Positions 10,345 through 20,173 of a stretch of 64,000 bases of DNA are shown here, piece by piece. The position numbers and the translations under genes were made by a program. Under the pieces are notes generated by a model. That model saw nothing but the letters and a program-made list of their open reading frames with translations. It was not told the DNA's origin and did not search any database. The stretch covers positions 1-64,000 of the forward strand of contig JBAXWY010000011.1 of assembly GCA_037128175.1 (NCBI GenBank). Reading direction: 5' to 3'. This DNA is from Methanothrix sp. (lineage in GTDB: Archaea > Halobacteriota > Methanosarcinia > Methanotrichales > Methanotrichaceae). The first letter of the stretch is position 1, and every line of letters begins with the position of its first letter.

Positions 10345-10352
10345 TTATAAAA

Positions 10353-10369
10353 TCACGCTGAGGGTGAGA
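10353..10369 (+). repeat. att-like direct repeat, right copy (tRNA-Ser 3' end)
   Basis: Identical to 1168-1184. Confidence 0.85.
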
Positions 10370-10474
10370 TTTGAACTCACGAGGTGCGATGCACCACTGG
10401 TTTGCTTGTCCTTCTGCCCCCCGGGGAGCGTGTGACCTCAAGACCAGCGCCGTAGGCCGCTTGGCTACCTCAGC
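10356..10474 (-). tRNA. tRNA-Ser(TGA) with a 34-nt intron at 37/38 (10403-10436)
   Basis: Acceptor GCTGAGG/CCTCAGC with G73; anticodon stem CTGGT/ACCAG with CT-TGA-G|A; long variable arm GGTGC-ATC-GCACC; T arm GTGAG-TTCAAAT-CTCAC; bulge-helix-bulge AGG / CTTG:CAAG / CAA. Confidence 0.92.
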
Positions 10475-10565
10475 TCAGCCTTTCACCTTTGCATCAGTAG
10501 ATCTTAAGCCTGACGATCCCCTTCGCCTCGGCAATCTTTTTATCTCTCGCCGCTATTTTTCTCTG

Positions 10566-11807
10566 ATGCTGATTAAAAACGTCTCCATTCTAGAGTCCGG
10601 CCAACTGCTGCCTGGTCGGGACATTCTCATTGAAGAGGGCAAGATCGCGAAGATGGGCAGCGACCTTTGTAATGTTAGCGATGACGATGAAGTAATCGAC
10701 GGGCGGGGAAAGCTGGCCATCCCCGGTCTTATCAACGGCCACACCCACCTGGCCATGACCCTTCTGCGCGGCTATGCCGATGACATGGAGCTGATGCCCT
10801 GGCTGCAGGAGAAGATCTGGCCCCTGGAAGCTAAAATCACCGAAGAGGACGTGTCCTGGGGAGTCAAGCTGGGCTGCCTGGAGCAGATTCGCTTCGGCAT
10901 CACCTGCTACAATGACATGTACTACTTCCCGGATACCGCTGCAAAGGCCAGCAAGGAGATGGGTCTACGTGCCTTCATCTCCGGCGTGGTCTTTGATATG
11001 AAGCCCGAGCTTCTGGGACAGGTGGAGCCCTTCATCCGCCGCTGGCAGGGCGACGAGCTGATCACACCTGCCGTGGGCCCCCATGCCGCCTACACCTGCT
11101 CTGAGGAGACGCTGCTAAAGGCCAAGGAGATCGCCGACCGTCATGATGCCATGATTCACATCCACCTTTCCGAGACCAGCGAGGAGGTGGATGACTTTGT
11201 GCTTTCCAAGGGCAAGAGCCCGGTGGAGTACCTGGACAGCCTGGGCCTGCTTAACTCGCGTCTGGCAGCCGTGCACTGCGTCTGGCTCTCTTTGGAGGAC
11301 TGCCGCCTCCTGGCAGAAAGGAAAGCCAATGTGGTGAGCTGCACAGTTAGTAACCTCAAGCTGACCTCCGGAATCGCTCCGCTCAACACGATGATGAAGG
11401 CGAACGTAAACGTCTGCCTGGGCACGGATGGCGCTTCCAGCAACAACAACCTCAGCCTCTTCGAGGAGATGAAGACCACCGCCATTGTGCAAAAGAACGC
11501 CTACCACACTCCCGCCGCCTTCTCGGCAGAGCAGGTCTGGCGCTTAGCAACGGAGAACGCCGCTCGAGCCTTCCGCCTCAACATGGGCCTACGCCCGGGC
11601 TCTTTGGCCGACCTGGTCCTCATCGACCTGCAAAAGCCCTGGTTCTGTCCCCAGACCAACATCATCTCCCATCTGGTCTACAGCATGACCGGAGGCGTGG
11701 ACACAACCATAGTCAACGGAAAGGTGCTCATGCGCGAGGGGGTCATACCGGGCGAGGCGGAGATCATGGAGAAGGCCCAGGAGCGCTTCCTGCGCCTGAC
11801 TTCTTAG
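10566..11807 (+). CDS. Amidohydrolase, 5'-deoxyadenosine/MTA/SAH deaminase family
   Basis: PGLINGHTH, GPHAAYTCS, HIHLSET, LGTDGASSNN; ATG at 10566 (the longer ORF overlaps the tRNA). Confidence 0.85.
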   Translation: MLIKNVSILESGQLLPGRDILIEEGKIAKMGSDLCNVSDDDEVIDGRGKLAIPGLINGHTHLAMTLLRGYADDMELMPWLQEKIWPLEAKITEEDVSWGVKLGCLEQIRFGITCYNDMYYFPDTAAKASKEMGLRAFISGVVFDMKPELLGQVEPFIRRWQGDELITPAVGPHAAYTCSEETLLKAKEIADRHDAMIHIHLSETSEEVDDFVLSKGKSPVEYLDSLGLLNSRLAAVHCVWLSLEDCRLLAERKANVVSCTVSNLKLTSGIAPLNTMMKANVNVCLGTDGASSNNNLSLFEEMKTTAIVQKNAYHTPAAFSAEQVWRLATENAARAFRLNMGLRPGSLADLVLIDLQKPWFCPQTNIISHLVYSMTGGVDTTIVNGKVLMREGVIPGEAEIMEKAQERFLRLTS

Positions 11808-11859
11808 CTTCCTTTTTCGCCAACAATCGATAATTAGAACCCCTGGTTTACGAGATTAA

Positions 11860-11898
11860 ACCACAGAGTCGCAGAGCGCACAGAGGACGAACGGACGG
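11860..11898 (+). repeat. Dispersed 39-bp intergenic repeat, copy 1
   Basis: 35/39 identical to 39404-39442. Confidence 0.6.
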
Positions 11899-11943
11899 AG
11901 AACTACGATTATTCCGAAAGCAATTCTTTTGTCCCATAATCAC

Positions 11944-12894
11944 TCAGCTCTTTATTATGCGTAGCCTCCTCCGTCCGCTCATGAGTCTTCTCAGGCCCCA
12001 AAGGCCGCCCGCCAGAAGCAGCAGAATCAGCCCTGCCATCCCCAGATACAGCCACAAAGAGGGAGGTGCCTCGCCCACGTAAATCAGCACGGCGAGCTCC
12101 TGGCTTCTTCTCTCTTTGTCCTGCCCGTCCCGGTAGGATATCAAGCAGGGAAGGGCATAGTACCCTGATGTGGCATTTTCATCCGTGAATACCGAAAGGC
12201 TCAGTGAAGCGCCCTCGCCCGGAGCGAGGCTCGCCTGCTTCTCCTCATTTTCGACCATGAGAAAAGGGGGGCAGGGGCGGGCCTGCATCTGAAGATCCAG
12301 GGCGGGCTCGTCGCCCCGGTTGACTAAGAAAAGATGCAGGCTCGACTGTGCGCCGGGAAGTGTCTCGCCCTTCAAATCCTCCAGCTCTATCTTCGGTCCG
12401 AGTACCACTTCCACCTGCAAGGGCAACTTGATTGAGGCTTTCTCATAATCAAAAACAAAATTGGGTGCTCTTTCCCCACCTGAGGCCGTCACCTGGGATA
12501 ACCGGGAATAGTTGAGGCATAGCTGCAGAGGATAAATGCCTTGCATCGCGCCCTCCGCCTGAGCCATAAACTGCACAGTTGCATTCTCCCCAGCTTCCAG
12601 AAGGCCTGCATTCTGCCGCCCTGAGATGATCTCAATCCTGTCATCGGAACTCTGAAGCAGGGCTGCTATGCTGCGGGCAGTTTCTTTACTAAATCCGGGC
12701 TCATCCGGCACTCTTGGGGGCGAAGCATTGTTTTGCAGCACAACGAAAATGCTGGAGGGCCTGCCTACCTCCAGATTGCCATAGACCGATGAGATCTGCA
12801 AATGAGGCCCATCGGCGGGGCTATCGTCTGCCAGGGCAGAAAAACCGGCAGGCAGCAAAAGAAGGAAAAGCAAAAGGATTGATGCTTTCATCAA
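11944..12894 (-). CDS. Secreted, membrane-anchored COG1361/CARDB-like S-layer-domain protein
   Basis: Signal peptide, two Ig-like repeats (LQNN..LEAGENATVQF..GIYPLQL; LVNRGDEPA..LAPGE..GYYALP), C-terminal TM plus basic tail. Confidence 0.7.
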   Translation of the reverse strand: MMKASILLLFLLLLPAGFSALADDSPADGPHLQISSVYGNLEVGRPSSIFVVLQNNASPPRVPDEPGFSKETARSIAALLQSSDDRIEIISGRQNAGLLEAGENATVQFMAQAEGAMQGIYPLQLCLNYSRLSQVTASGGERAPNFVFDYEKASIKLPLQVEVVLGPKIELEDLKGETLPGAQSSLHLFLVNRGDEPALDLQMQARPCPPFLMVENEEKQASLAPGEGASLSLSVFTDENATSGYYALPCLISYRDGQDKERRSQELAVLIYVGEAPPSLWLYLGMAGLILLLLAGGLWGLRRLMSGRRRLRIIKS

Positions 12895-12993
12895 TCTCTG
12901 TAGAGCAACTGTACCTTTTTATCTCTGCTGCTTGAAGTCTTAAAAAGCCCAAAAAATTGTTTCCTTTGGTTTAATTATCGGAAAGAGCAGTTT

Positions 12994-13791
12994 TTATTCT
13001 GCAGAGGTAATTTCCAGAGCCTCCCTGGCAGAAAGGCCCTTGTGCACCACCCCGCAAATGCGGCGGGTGATGAGCGCGGGATTTTCATGCTGGAAGACGT
13101 TCCTGCCGATGGCCACTCCTCGCGCCCCTGCCGATATCGCTCCCTCGACCATCGTGAGCAGGTCCAGCTCCGACTCCACTCTCGGCCCACCGGCAATGAC
13201 CACGGGAATGGGGCAGCACTCCACCACGCGGGCAAAGCTGTCCGGGTCTCCGGTGTAGTTGGTCTTGACAATATCTGCGCCCAATTCCGCTCCCACCCGC
13301 GCCGCATGAGCTATGTACTCCTCCGAGTATTCATCTTTGATCTTCTTTCCCCGCGGATACATCATGGCCAGGAGCGGCATGCCCCATTCCTGACAGTTCC
13401 TGGAGACCTCGCCTAAAGTAAAGAGCATGTGGCTCTCGTCCTCTGCGCCCACATTAACGTGAATGCTCACGCCGTCCGCGCCGATCTTGAGAGCCTCCTC
13501 AACCGTCGCCACCAGCACCTTGTTGTTGGGGTCAGGCCCCAGGGCCGTGGAGGCGGAGAGATGGATGATCAGGCCCAGATCCCGGCCATAGCCGCGATGG
13601 CCGAATACGGCTGCACCCTTGTGCACTATGGCGGCGTCCGCCCCGCCGGAGGCCACGGCATCGGCGATGGCCTTGACGCTTTTTATGCCCTTGATGGGAC
13701 CGACACTCACCCCGTGGTCCATGGGAATAATGACTGCGTTTCCTGTTTTGCGATTGAATATCCTCTCCATGCGAATCGATGTTCCTCTCAA
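12994..13791 (-). CDS. aroA': 2-amino-3,7-dideoxy-D-threo-hept-6-ulosonate (ADH) synthase, class I aldolase
   Basis: [45 protein letters not shown]; TTG start after GGAGAG. Confidence 0.85.
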   Translation of the reverse strand: MRGTSIRMERIFNRKTGNAVIIPMDHGVSVGPIKGIKSVKAIADAVASGGADAAIVHKGAAVFGHRGYGRDLGLIIHLSASTALGPDPNNKVLVATVEEALKIGADGVSIHVNVGAEDESHMLFTLGEVSRNCQEWGMPLLAMMYPRGKKIKDEYSEEYIAHAARVGAELGADIVKTNYTGDPDSFARVVECCPIPVVIAGGPRVESELDLLTMVEGAISAGARGVAIGRNVFQHENPALITRRICGVVHKGLSAREALEITSAE

Positions 13792-13963
13792 ATCGGCCCT
13801 CTCCTTTTCGTGTATGAAATACGCTCTGATATCTGTTTTTGACTCTAATGTATCATTTAGTACATTAAAGTACTTTTTAATACTACAATGAACAAATTGT
13901 GTGTATTTATAGTTTCCCTTCCTCAGCAAGCCTGAAATAGAGGCAGGATGCGCTATCTCGGGA

Positions 13964-15013
13964 GTGAATTCAATTATGGGTGGCAACATATCACGATTTA
14001 TTCGGCTGAGAGAGGCGAGCGCAGTAGCATCGATAATCTGCTTGCTGGCAGTTTTTTTCCTGAGCTTCCTGACAATCTCGGCAATGGCCGGCACGGAGAC
14101 CGGCGAGTTCTGTCCTACCTGTCCGGACTGGACCAACCTGGACGGCTGGCTGGCCAAAAAAGATGCCTATGAGCGGGCCCAGCTAAACAGCCAGCAAAGT
14201 GCAGGCGGGACGGCTGGCCAGCTAAATGGGCAGGCAAGCAATACCCCAATCACTGCCAAAGCAAATCCGCAGGAAAAGGGTTATGCAATGCCCGAGCTTT
14301 TCACCAGCGCTGCATCTATCAAGAGTGATCAGGTTATTCTGGATGTGAGGTCCGGGCCGGATTACCTCTCCGGGCATATTCCCCAAGCGAGAAACCTGTA
14401 CTGGAAGGATCTGCAAAGGAACAACATTCTTGATCAGGCTCAAGCTAAAGGGGCCTTGGGCCGCGCTGATGTAAACGAAAGCGACCGGCTCCTCGTCTAC
14501 GGAGATTCCGGAGAGGGAGCTTATTTCGTCTTCTGGGCCCTTTGCTATTTGGGGCATAAAAACGTTAGCCTGCTTGACGGGGGGATAGAAGCGATCCAAG
14601 ATGCGGGAGTTGCCCTCACCACAAACGCATCGGCTCTCAAGCCTACCAACTACACCACCCATATCGTTCCCTGGCTCCTGGTGACGCCCGACAACCTGGA
14701 GAGCATGCTTGAGCTATCTGATGTCCGAGTGCTGGATGCAAGAGACTTTTTCGAATATGGCCAGAACAGGCTTCGCAAAGAGTCGATCTGTCTAAGTCAA
14801 GATAAGCTCTACGAAAATTCCAAAATTATGGATGCCAGCACGCTGGAAGATCTTTTTGGCAGGCGTCTGGAGAAGTCTGGGACGGCCATCGTCTACGGCA
14901 CACCGCAGGCCTACTCTCTCTTCTACAGTCTCCGTCTCATGGGCTACAATGCCACCCTGCTGGAAGGCGACTGGTGGAAAGAGACGAAATGGGCAGTGAG
15001 CAATGTAAAATAG
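13964..15013 (+). CDS. Secreted tandem rhodanese-fold protein with N-terminal CxxC
   Basis: Signal peptide, [40 protein letters not shown]. Confidence 0.7.
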   Translation: MNSIMGGNISRFIRLREASAVASIICLLAVFFLSFLTISAMAGTETGEFCPTCPDWTNLDGWLAKKDAYERAQLNSQQSAGGTAGQLNGQASNTPITAKANPQEKGYAMPELFTSAASIKSDQVILDVRSGPDYLSGHIPQARNLYWKDLQRNNILDQAQAKGALGRADVNESDRLLVYGDSGEGAYFVFWALCYLGHKNVSLLDGGIEAIQDAGVALTTNASALKPTNYTTHIVPWLLVTPDNLESMLELSDVRVLDARDFFEYGQNRLRKESICLSQDKLYENSKIMDASTLEDLFGRRLEKSGTAIVYGTPQAYSLFYSLRLMGYNATLLEGDWWKETKWAVSNVK

Positions 15014-15052
15014 ACTCATTCCACACATTTTTTTTGGGTTAAAAAGTGTTCC

Positions 15053-16012
15053 TTAAACATCCTTAAGCAACGCCTTCACCGCCGTCTCAATCGCCTTCGC
15101 GGAGCCGCTTTGAGGCGTCCAGCCCAGCTTTTTTATCTTCTCGATGGAGAGCTGCATAACCTTGACGTCGCCCTTCCAGCCCCGGCCATCCACGCCGCCC
15201 GTGTAGCGATACCGAACATCAGTGAGGCCCATCTGCAGGGCCACGATATCAGCGATCTTTGTCACATCTACAGAGTCCTCGGAGCCGATATTGAAGACAT
15301 TGATCTGCTCGTCCGAATGCTGCACACAGTGCTGCATAGCTCGCACGCAGTCTTTGACCTCCAGGTAGGACTTTTTCTGCTGGCCGGATCCCAGGATCTC
15401 CAGCTCGCCGGGATTTTCTCGCAGCTTTCTAATGAAGTCCACCAGCACGCCGTGCGTGCCCCGCTCTCCCACGATATTGGCAAAACGATAGATCCAGGAC
15501 TGCATCTCAAAGGTATGGCAGTAGGAGGAGATGAGCGCCTCAGAGGCCAGCTTGGAGGCACCGTAGAGCGATATGGGCAGGAGCGGTCCAAAGTTCTCCG
15601 GAGTGGGAACCTCTGTAGCTTCGCCGTAAATGGTGGACGTGGAGGTGAAGGCGATTTTTTTGACGCCGCATTTTCTCATGGCCTCTAAAAGGTTGTAGGT
15701 GGCCAGCACATTTTGCTCCAGGTGCACGCGGGTGTTTTCTGCGCCCAGCTTCACATCCGGATTGGCGGCCAGGTGAAAGACCATATCCACTCCATTCAGG
15801 GCCTTTTCCAGAGTATTGGAAAGAAGCAGGTCCGCTTCAATGAGGTGGAAATTTGGATTATTGTGGTGCAAGGTGAGAAACTCTCTCTTTCCAGAGCTGA
15901 AGTTGTCGAGGACGGTGACCTCATTTTCCGCCAGCAGGGCCTCTACGAGATGGCTGCCGATGAAACCGGCACCGCCGGTAACGAGGATTGATTTGTCTTT
16001 GAGCTTTAGCAT
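15053..16012 (-). CDS. NAD-dependent epimerase/dehydratase (UDP-glucose 4-epimerase-like)
   Basis: [21 protein letters not shown]. Confidence 0.88.
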   Translation of the reverse strand: MLKLKDKSILVTGGAGFIGSHLVEALLAENEVTVLDNFSSGKREFLTLHHNNPNFHLIEADLLLSNTLEKALNGVDMVFHLAANPDVKLGAENTRVHLEQNVLATYNLLEAMRKCGVKKIAFTSTSTIYGEATEVPTPENFGPLLPISLYGASKLASEALISSYCHTFEMQSWIYRFANIVGERGTHGVLVDFIRKLRENPGELEILGSGQQKKSYLEVKDCVRAMQHCVQHSDEQINVFNIGSEDSVDVTKIADIVALQMGLTDVRYRYTGGVDGRGWKGDVKVMQLSIEKIKKLGWTPQSGSAKAIETAVKALLKDV

Positions 16013-16144
16013 CAGTTCTTGGTTTTTTGGAGTCAGGGAAGATATAACTTACCGTTGGGGATGAAAGCAGCTCATATAAGTAATTCAATTAGCTAACATA
16101 AACTTTTTATGGTAAGCGATTATGCTTTAGAACAGGGATTGAAA

Positions 16145-17065
16145 ATGGTAAGAAATTTTCTGAAAATGGCCCTTGTGCTGATGACGTTATCCGTTTTATG
16201 CAGCGCTGTCGGGGCGACAGAGGGAGAGAGGCTGAAGCTGGCTACTACTACCAGCCTGCAAGATACCGGTCTTTTGGACGTGATCAAAGACAAGTTTGAT
16301 GAGAAGTACAATGTATCATTGGACGTGGTATCCGGCGGAACCGGCATCGCCATCCAGTATGGTGAGCGCGGCGACGTGGATGTCCTAGTCGTTCATGACA
16401 AGGAGAGGGAGCTGAAATTCATCAAGGACGGACAGGGCCTGGAGAGAAGGTGCATTGCCTACAACTACTTCTTCCTGGTCGGACCCAAGGATGATCCCGC
16501 AGGCGTAAAGGGTATGAATGCCTCCCAGGCTCTGGCCGGCATCATGGCGAAAGGCAAAATCGATCCGGCTAAGGTGATGTTCATCTCTCGGGGCGACAAC
16601 TCCGGCACACATGCCCGCGAGAAGCTGCTCTGGAAGAAGGCCGGCTACAACTACTCTGCCGTCAACTCCTCCGGTCCCTGGTATATCGAGGCCGGGCAGG
16701 GCATGGGCGCAACCTTAAACATTGCCAATGAAAAGCAGGCCTACACCATCTCAGATATGTCCACTTTTATGGCATACCAGGGAAATCTGACGCTCGTCCC
16801 CATCATCGAGGGCGGAAGCGAGCTGCTCAATGTTTATGTGGCTATGGCAGTGAACCCCAAGAAGCATCCGAACGTGAACTGTGAGCTGGCCAATGAGTTC
16901 ATAAACTACCTGGTCTCCAGTGAGGGTCAGGATCTGATTGCAAGCTATGGCACAGAGAAATTCGGCAAGCCCCTCTTTTCGCCAGCCCGAGGAAACTGCG
17001 ATTTGATCGGCTGCTCGGTTGCTGAGTGCGCCGTGCCCAGCAGCGCTTCTTGTGCTGCGGCCTGA
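16145..17065 (+). CDS. tupA: Tungstate ABC transporter substrate-binding protein
   Basis: ATTTSLQDTGLL, FISRGDNSGTH, GQGMGATL. Confidence 0.9.
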   Translation: MVRNFLKMALVLMTLSVLCSAVGATEGERLKLATTTSLQDTGLLDVIKDKFDEKYNVSLDVVSGGTGIAIQYGERGDVDVLVVHDKERELKFIKDGQGLERRCIAYNYFFLVGPKDDPAGVKGMNASQALAGIMAKGKIDPAKVMFISRGDNSGTHAREKLLWKKAGYNYSAVNSSGPWYIEAGQGMGATLNIANEKQAYTISDMSTFMAYQGNLTLVPIIEGGSELLNVYVAMAVNPKKHPNVNCELANEFINYLVSSEGQDLIASYGTEKFGKPLFSPARGNCDLIGCSVAECAVPSSASCAAA

Positions 17066-17094
17066 TGAGCCAATAACAGATAAGGTGAAATTGG

Positions 17095-17781
17095 TTGGAA
17101 GAGATCTACAGCGGCCTCTTGCGGGCCTTTGAACTGATTGCAGCGAGAGACCCCCAGGTGGTCGAGATCACCATAAGGTCCATCTTTATCTCGCTCTCTT
17201 CCGCAGCATTAGCCGGCATCATCTGCATACCTCTGGGAGGCATCATAGAGTTTCGCCAATTTTGGGGCAAAAGGGCATTGATAAATTTAATTCAGACCTT
17301 CTACAGCTTGCCAACGGTGACCGTTGGCCTGCTGGTCTTTTTGCTCATCTCTCGCTCCGGGCCGCTGGGAGGACTTAACCTGCTCTTCAGCCCGAGCGGC
17401 ATGATCTTCGGTCAGGCCATTCTCGTCAGCCCCATCATGATTGGCCTGACCATTACCGCTCTGGCGGGCGTCAGCCCCCAGATCAGGGACACGGCTAAAT
17501 CATTAGGCGCAACGGAGATGCAGATAATAATAACAGTAATAAAAGAGGCCCGCGTGGCGGTCATGGCTGCCGTGCTCCTGGGATTTGGCCGGGCGCTCTC
17601 CGAGGTGGGTGTGGCCATGATGATAGGAGGGAACATCCGGGGCTACACACGGGTTCTCACCACGGCTATAGCGTTAGAGACCTCCATGGGCAATCTGGAG
17701 CTGTCCATGGCTCTGGGAATTATCCTCATATCCATCTCTCTGGCCATCAATCTATTACTTAATCGATTTCAGGGGAGATAA
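17095..17781 (+). CDS. tupB: Tungstate ABC transporter permease
   Basis: TM helices, LGFGRALSEVG..GGNIRGYTRVLTTAI. Confidence 0.9.
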   Translation: MEEIYSGLLRAFELIAARDPQVVEITIRSIFISLSSAALAGIICIPLGGIIEFRQFWGKRALINLIQTFYSLPTVTVGLLVFLLISRSGPLGGLNLLFSPSGMIFGQAILVSPIMIGLTITALAGVSPQIRDTAKSLGATEMQIIITVIKEARVAVMAAVLLGFGRALSEVGVAMMIGGNIRGYTRVLTTAIALETSMGNLELSMALGIILISISLAINLLLNRFQGR

Positions 17782-17783
17782 GA

Positions 17784-18494
17784 ATGGCTCTCCTGGAAGT
17801 ACGCTCTCTAAGCAAAAGCATTGGCCCGGCAAAGATTCTCAAGGGAATCGACCTGACGGTAGAACGGGGAGAGATCCTGGGGCTGATTGGGCCCACCGGC
17901 TCGGGAAAGACGACACTGCTGCGCCTCATTAATTTGCTCGATGAACCCTCCAGGGGCTCCATTCTCTTCGACGGCAGAATGGTTTCCGGAAGGCCGGAGA
18001 GAGAGATGCTTTCTGCGCGGCGCAAAATGGCCATGGTCTTTCAAAAGCCGGTCATGTTCAAAGCCAGCGTGGAGGCGAATGTCTCCTATGGCCTGAGGAT
18101 GCGGGGCAGAGCTGATGTAACTGATGCAGCTGGTGGGAAAATGAGTATGAGTGACAGGGTAAAAGAAGCCCTGGCAGCAGTGGGGCTCTCGGGCTATGAG
18201 AGACGCGACGCCAATACCCTATCCGGAGGGGAGACGCAGAGAATTGCCCTGGCCAGAGCTCTGGTCCTGCAGCCGGAACTTCTCCTGCTGGACGAGCCGA
18301 CCGCCAATCTGGACCCCGGGAGCGCCGCCTCCATCGACAGCCTCTTGCAGAGCCTGGCCGGGAGCAGGACGGCTGTGATTTTAGCCACGCATAACATGCA
18401 GCAGTGTCGCAAGCTGGCCGGCAGGGTATCTGTGCTGCAAGCGGGCAGGCTGGTGGCTGTGGGCAAGAGCGAGGAGATAACTTTGCCCTGGTAA
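17784..18494 (+). CDS. tupC: Tungstate ABC transporter ATPase
   Basis: GPTGSGKT, LSGGE, LLLDEPT; follows tupAB. Confidence 0.85.
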   Translation: MALLEVRSLSKSIGPAKILKGIDLTVERGEILGLIGPTGSGKTTLLRLINLLDEPSRGSILFDGRMVSGRPEREMLSARRKMAMVFQKPVMFKASVEANVSYGLRMRGRADVTDAAGGKMSMSDRVKEALAAVGLSGYERRDANTLSGGETQRIALARALVLQPELLLLDEPTANLDPGSAASIDSLLQSLAGSRTAVILATHNMQQCRKLAGRVSVLQAGRLVAVGKSEEITLPW

Positions 18495-18552
18495 TGGGGG
18501 TGAAAGGATGCTTTTATCATCTCATAAGACCTTTTTGACCTTGCGAATGATG

Positions 18553-18969
18553 ATGCCAGAAACATTTCTCACAGAAAGGCAGATCGAGGTGTTGCAGATG
18601 CGTCTTTGCGGCCGGTCCCAGCAGGAGGTAGCAGACAGCCTGGGCACCACCCGCTCCAACATCAGCATCCTGGAGAAGCGAGCCCATCAGAACATCGCCC
18701 GAGCAGAGCGAACGCTGCAGCAATGGATGATGCTGCGTGCTCCCATATCCTTATTGGCCAAGGCTGGAACGGATGTCTTTGAGCTGCCCAAGATGATCTT
18801 TGCAGCAGCGGACGAAAAACAGATGCGCTTGCCCATCACATCCCTCGATATTGTGGTGCAACTGCGACGCATTGCCCCCCGGCTCTTCAAGAAGAGGGCG
18901 CTGGAGAGAGACGCCCGGATCTTTGTAACGGAAGAGGGGGAGGTGCTGGTGGAAGGATTGGGGGAGTGA
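18553..18969 (+). CDS. tfx: Tfx-family DNA-binding regulator
   Basis: TFLTERQIEVLQMR..SQQEVADSLGTTRSNISILEKRAHQNIARA..GTDVFELPKMIF. Confidence 0.8.
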   Translation: MPETFLTERQIEVLQMRLCGRSQQEVADSLGTTRSNISILEKRAHQNIARAERTLQQWMMLRAPISLLAKAGTDVFELPKMIFAAADEKQMRLPITSLDIVVQLRRIAPRLFKKRALERDARIFVTEEGEVLVEGLGE

Positions 18970-19027
18970 TGAGATGCTTTCAGAACCGCTTCCAGTACTG
19001 CCACCAAACTAGTCCTTAAAAGGCATT

Positions 19028-19960
19028 TCACGAGCTCTTCTCAAGTGTATCTCGAATTTCGTCTATCATCTTTTCAAGTTTTTCGTATCTATCGATCACT
19101 TTAGCTTTAAATAGTGTTCTTTTGGCTTCTAAAACGTTATCCTCATCTATTAAATTTACAAATTCTCCAATAAGACTGAAGGAATAGCTATCTGCATCTA
19201 ACTGGTCTGTTAAATCTTTAATTTTCTGTTTCCGCTCGGCTCTATCGTTGCTCGCAGGCAAATTCATAAACCTATAGTCAAAAAAACCCAAACTGAGTCG
19301 TTCTTTAGGTGCTTCTTCACAGAGATCTATTTTACTCTCTCTTGTTAAACCTTCTTTTATTCTGTTTGCTAATTCGTCGTGCTTATGATGCCATTCTTTG
19401 TTGGTTTGCGAATAGTCTTTTATCAGATCTCGTAAATCTTTTGAAGCTAGATATTCGCTGGTTTCGAGCCGATCCCAGAAATCACGTGCTTCATCTTTCC
19501 ATTCTTGAAAATACCTTGTTTCATAATAGTATGGATTATGCACAAATTCTAAATATTCAAACTTGTCTCTTTTTAGATATATCGGTTTGATTAATTCGTT
19601 CATCTCTCTTACTAGATGATCTTCTAACAAATTATTTTTAGAAATTTCGATATTTTTGCTAGAATCTTTTACCAAAGCAAAAGTTGCTGTCGCTAGTATG
19701 ATTGTAGCAACGGCAACCGGATCTAAAACCTCCATGAAGGAATCGAATCCAAAAGGTAGGGTGGCGTTTGGATCGTGTAACTTCACATACAAGCGAGGAA
19801 CAAAGGTGATTAAAACAAAAATTAAATAAATCGAATATATTAAAAATTTCTTTACAGTTCCTACGTGCATGGCACACTCCTTATTCAATTTACACTTCCA
19901 GAACTGCCACCAATTCTTAGTCCTGGCTTCTTCCTGGCTTTGTAGTGATTCATTGGGCAT
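19028..19960 (-). CDS. AT-rich hypothetical membrane protein (two N-terminal TMs, soluble helical C-terminus)
   Basis: 310-aa ORF, visibly lower GC than its neighbours. Confidence 0.6.
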   Translation of the reverse strand: MPNESLQSQEEARTKNWWQFWKCKLNKECAMHVGTVKKFLIYSIYLIFVLITFVPRLYVKLHDPNATLPFGFDSFMEVLDPVAVATIILATATFALVKDSSKNIEISKNNLLEDHLVREMNELIKPIYLKRDKFEYLEFVHNPYYYETRYFQEWKDEARDFWDRLETSEYLASKDLRDLIKDYSQTNKEWHHKHDELANRIKEGLTRESKIDLCEEAPKERLSLGFFDYRFMNLPASNDRAERKQKIKDLTDQLDADSYSFSLIGEFVNLIDEDNVLEAKRTLFKAKVIDRYEKLEKMIDEIRDTLEKSS

Positions 19961-19971
19961 ATCTCATGCTC

Positions 19972-20128
19972 CTAAATATCTGCCTTGTAACCTTTTGGTT
20001 CATCCACGGTTTCTATCGGCAATGGTCTCTGTAACTGGCTGACCTCCTGAGACTAGGCGGATAATGATCTTTTTGTCCTTGAGCTTGGGGATGAATTGCA
20101 GTGAGCATTGCTTAACTTCGTCGGTCAC
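19972..20128 (-). pseudogene. Internally deleted small gene, possibly Sm/Hfq-like
   Basis: AGGAG + GTG start gives MTDEVKQCSLQFIPKLKDKKIIIRLVSGGQPVT; a second frame gives IETVDEPKGYKADI-stop. Confidence 0.3.
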
Positions 20129-20173
20129 GCTTTAACTTCTCCTAGCGTCTCAGGTGTGAATCTGTGGTAATCA

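Larger units (their letters stand above)
1168..10369. mobile_element. tRNA-Ser-integrated genomic island (~9.2 kb) with defence-type cargo and no integrase
   Basis: Flanked by a 17-bp direct repeat of the tRNA 3' end; cargo is Schlafen, PLD and helicase genes. Confidence 0.75.

Noticed and set aside
1185-10352. Integrase or transposase within the island
   Set aside because: No tyrosine/serine recombinase or DDE motifs in any listed ORF
10371-10565. N-terminal extension of the amidohydrolase ORF
   Set aside because: Overlaps the tRNA-Ser gene; family similarity starts at ATG 10566
13792-14157. N-terminal extension of ADH synthase
   Set aside because: Runs through the AT-rich divergent promoter and antisense to the rhodanese gene; an RBS-led TTG sits at 13791
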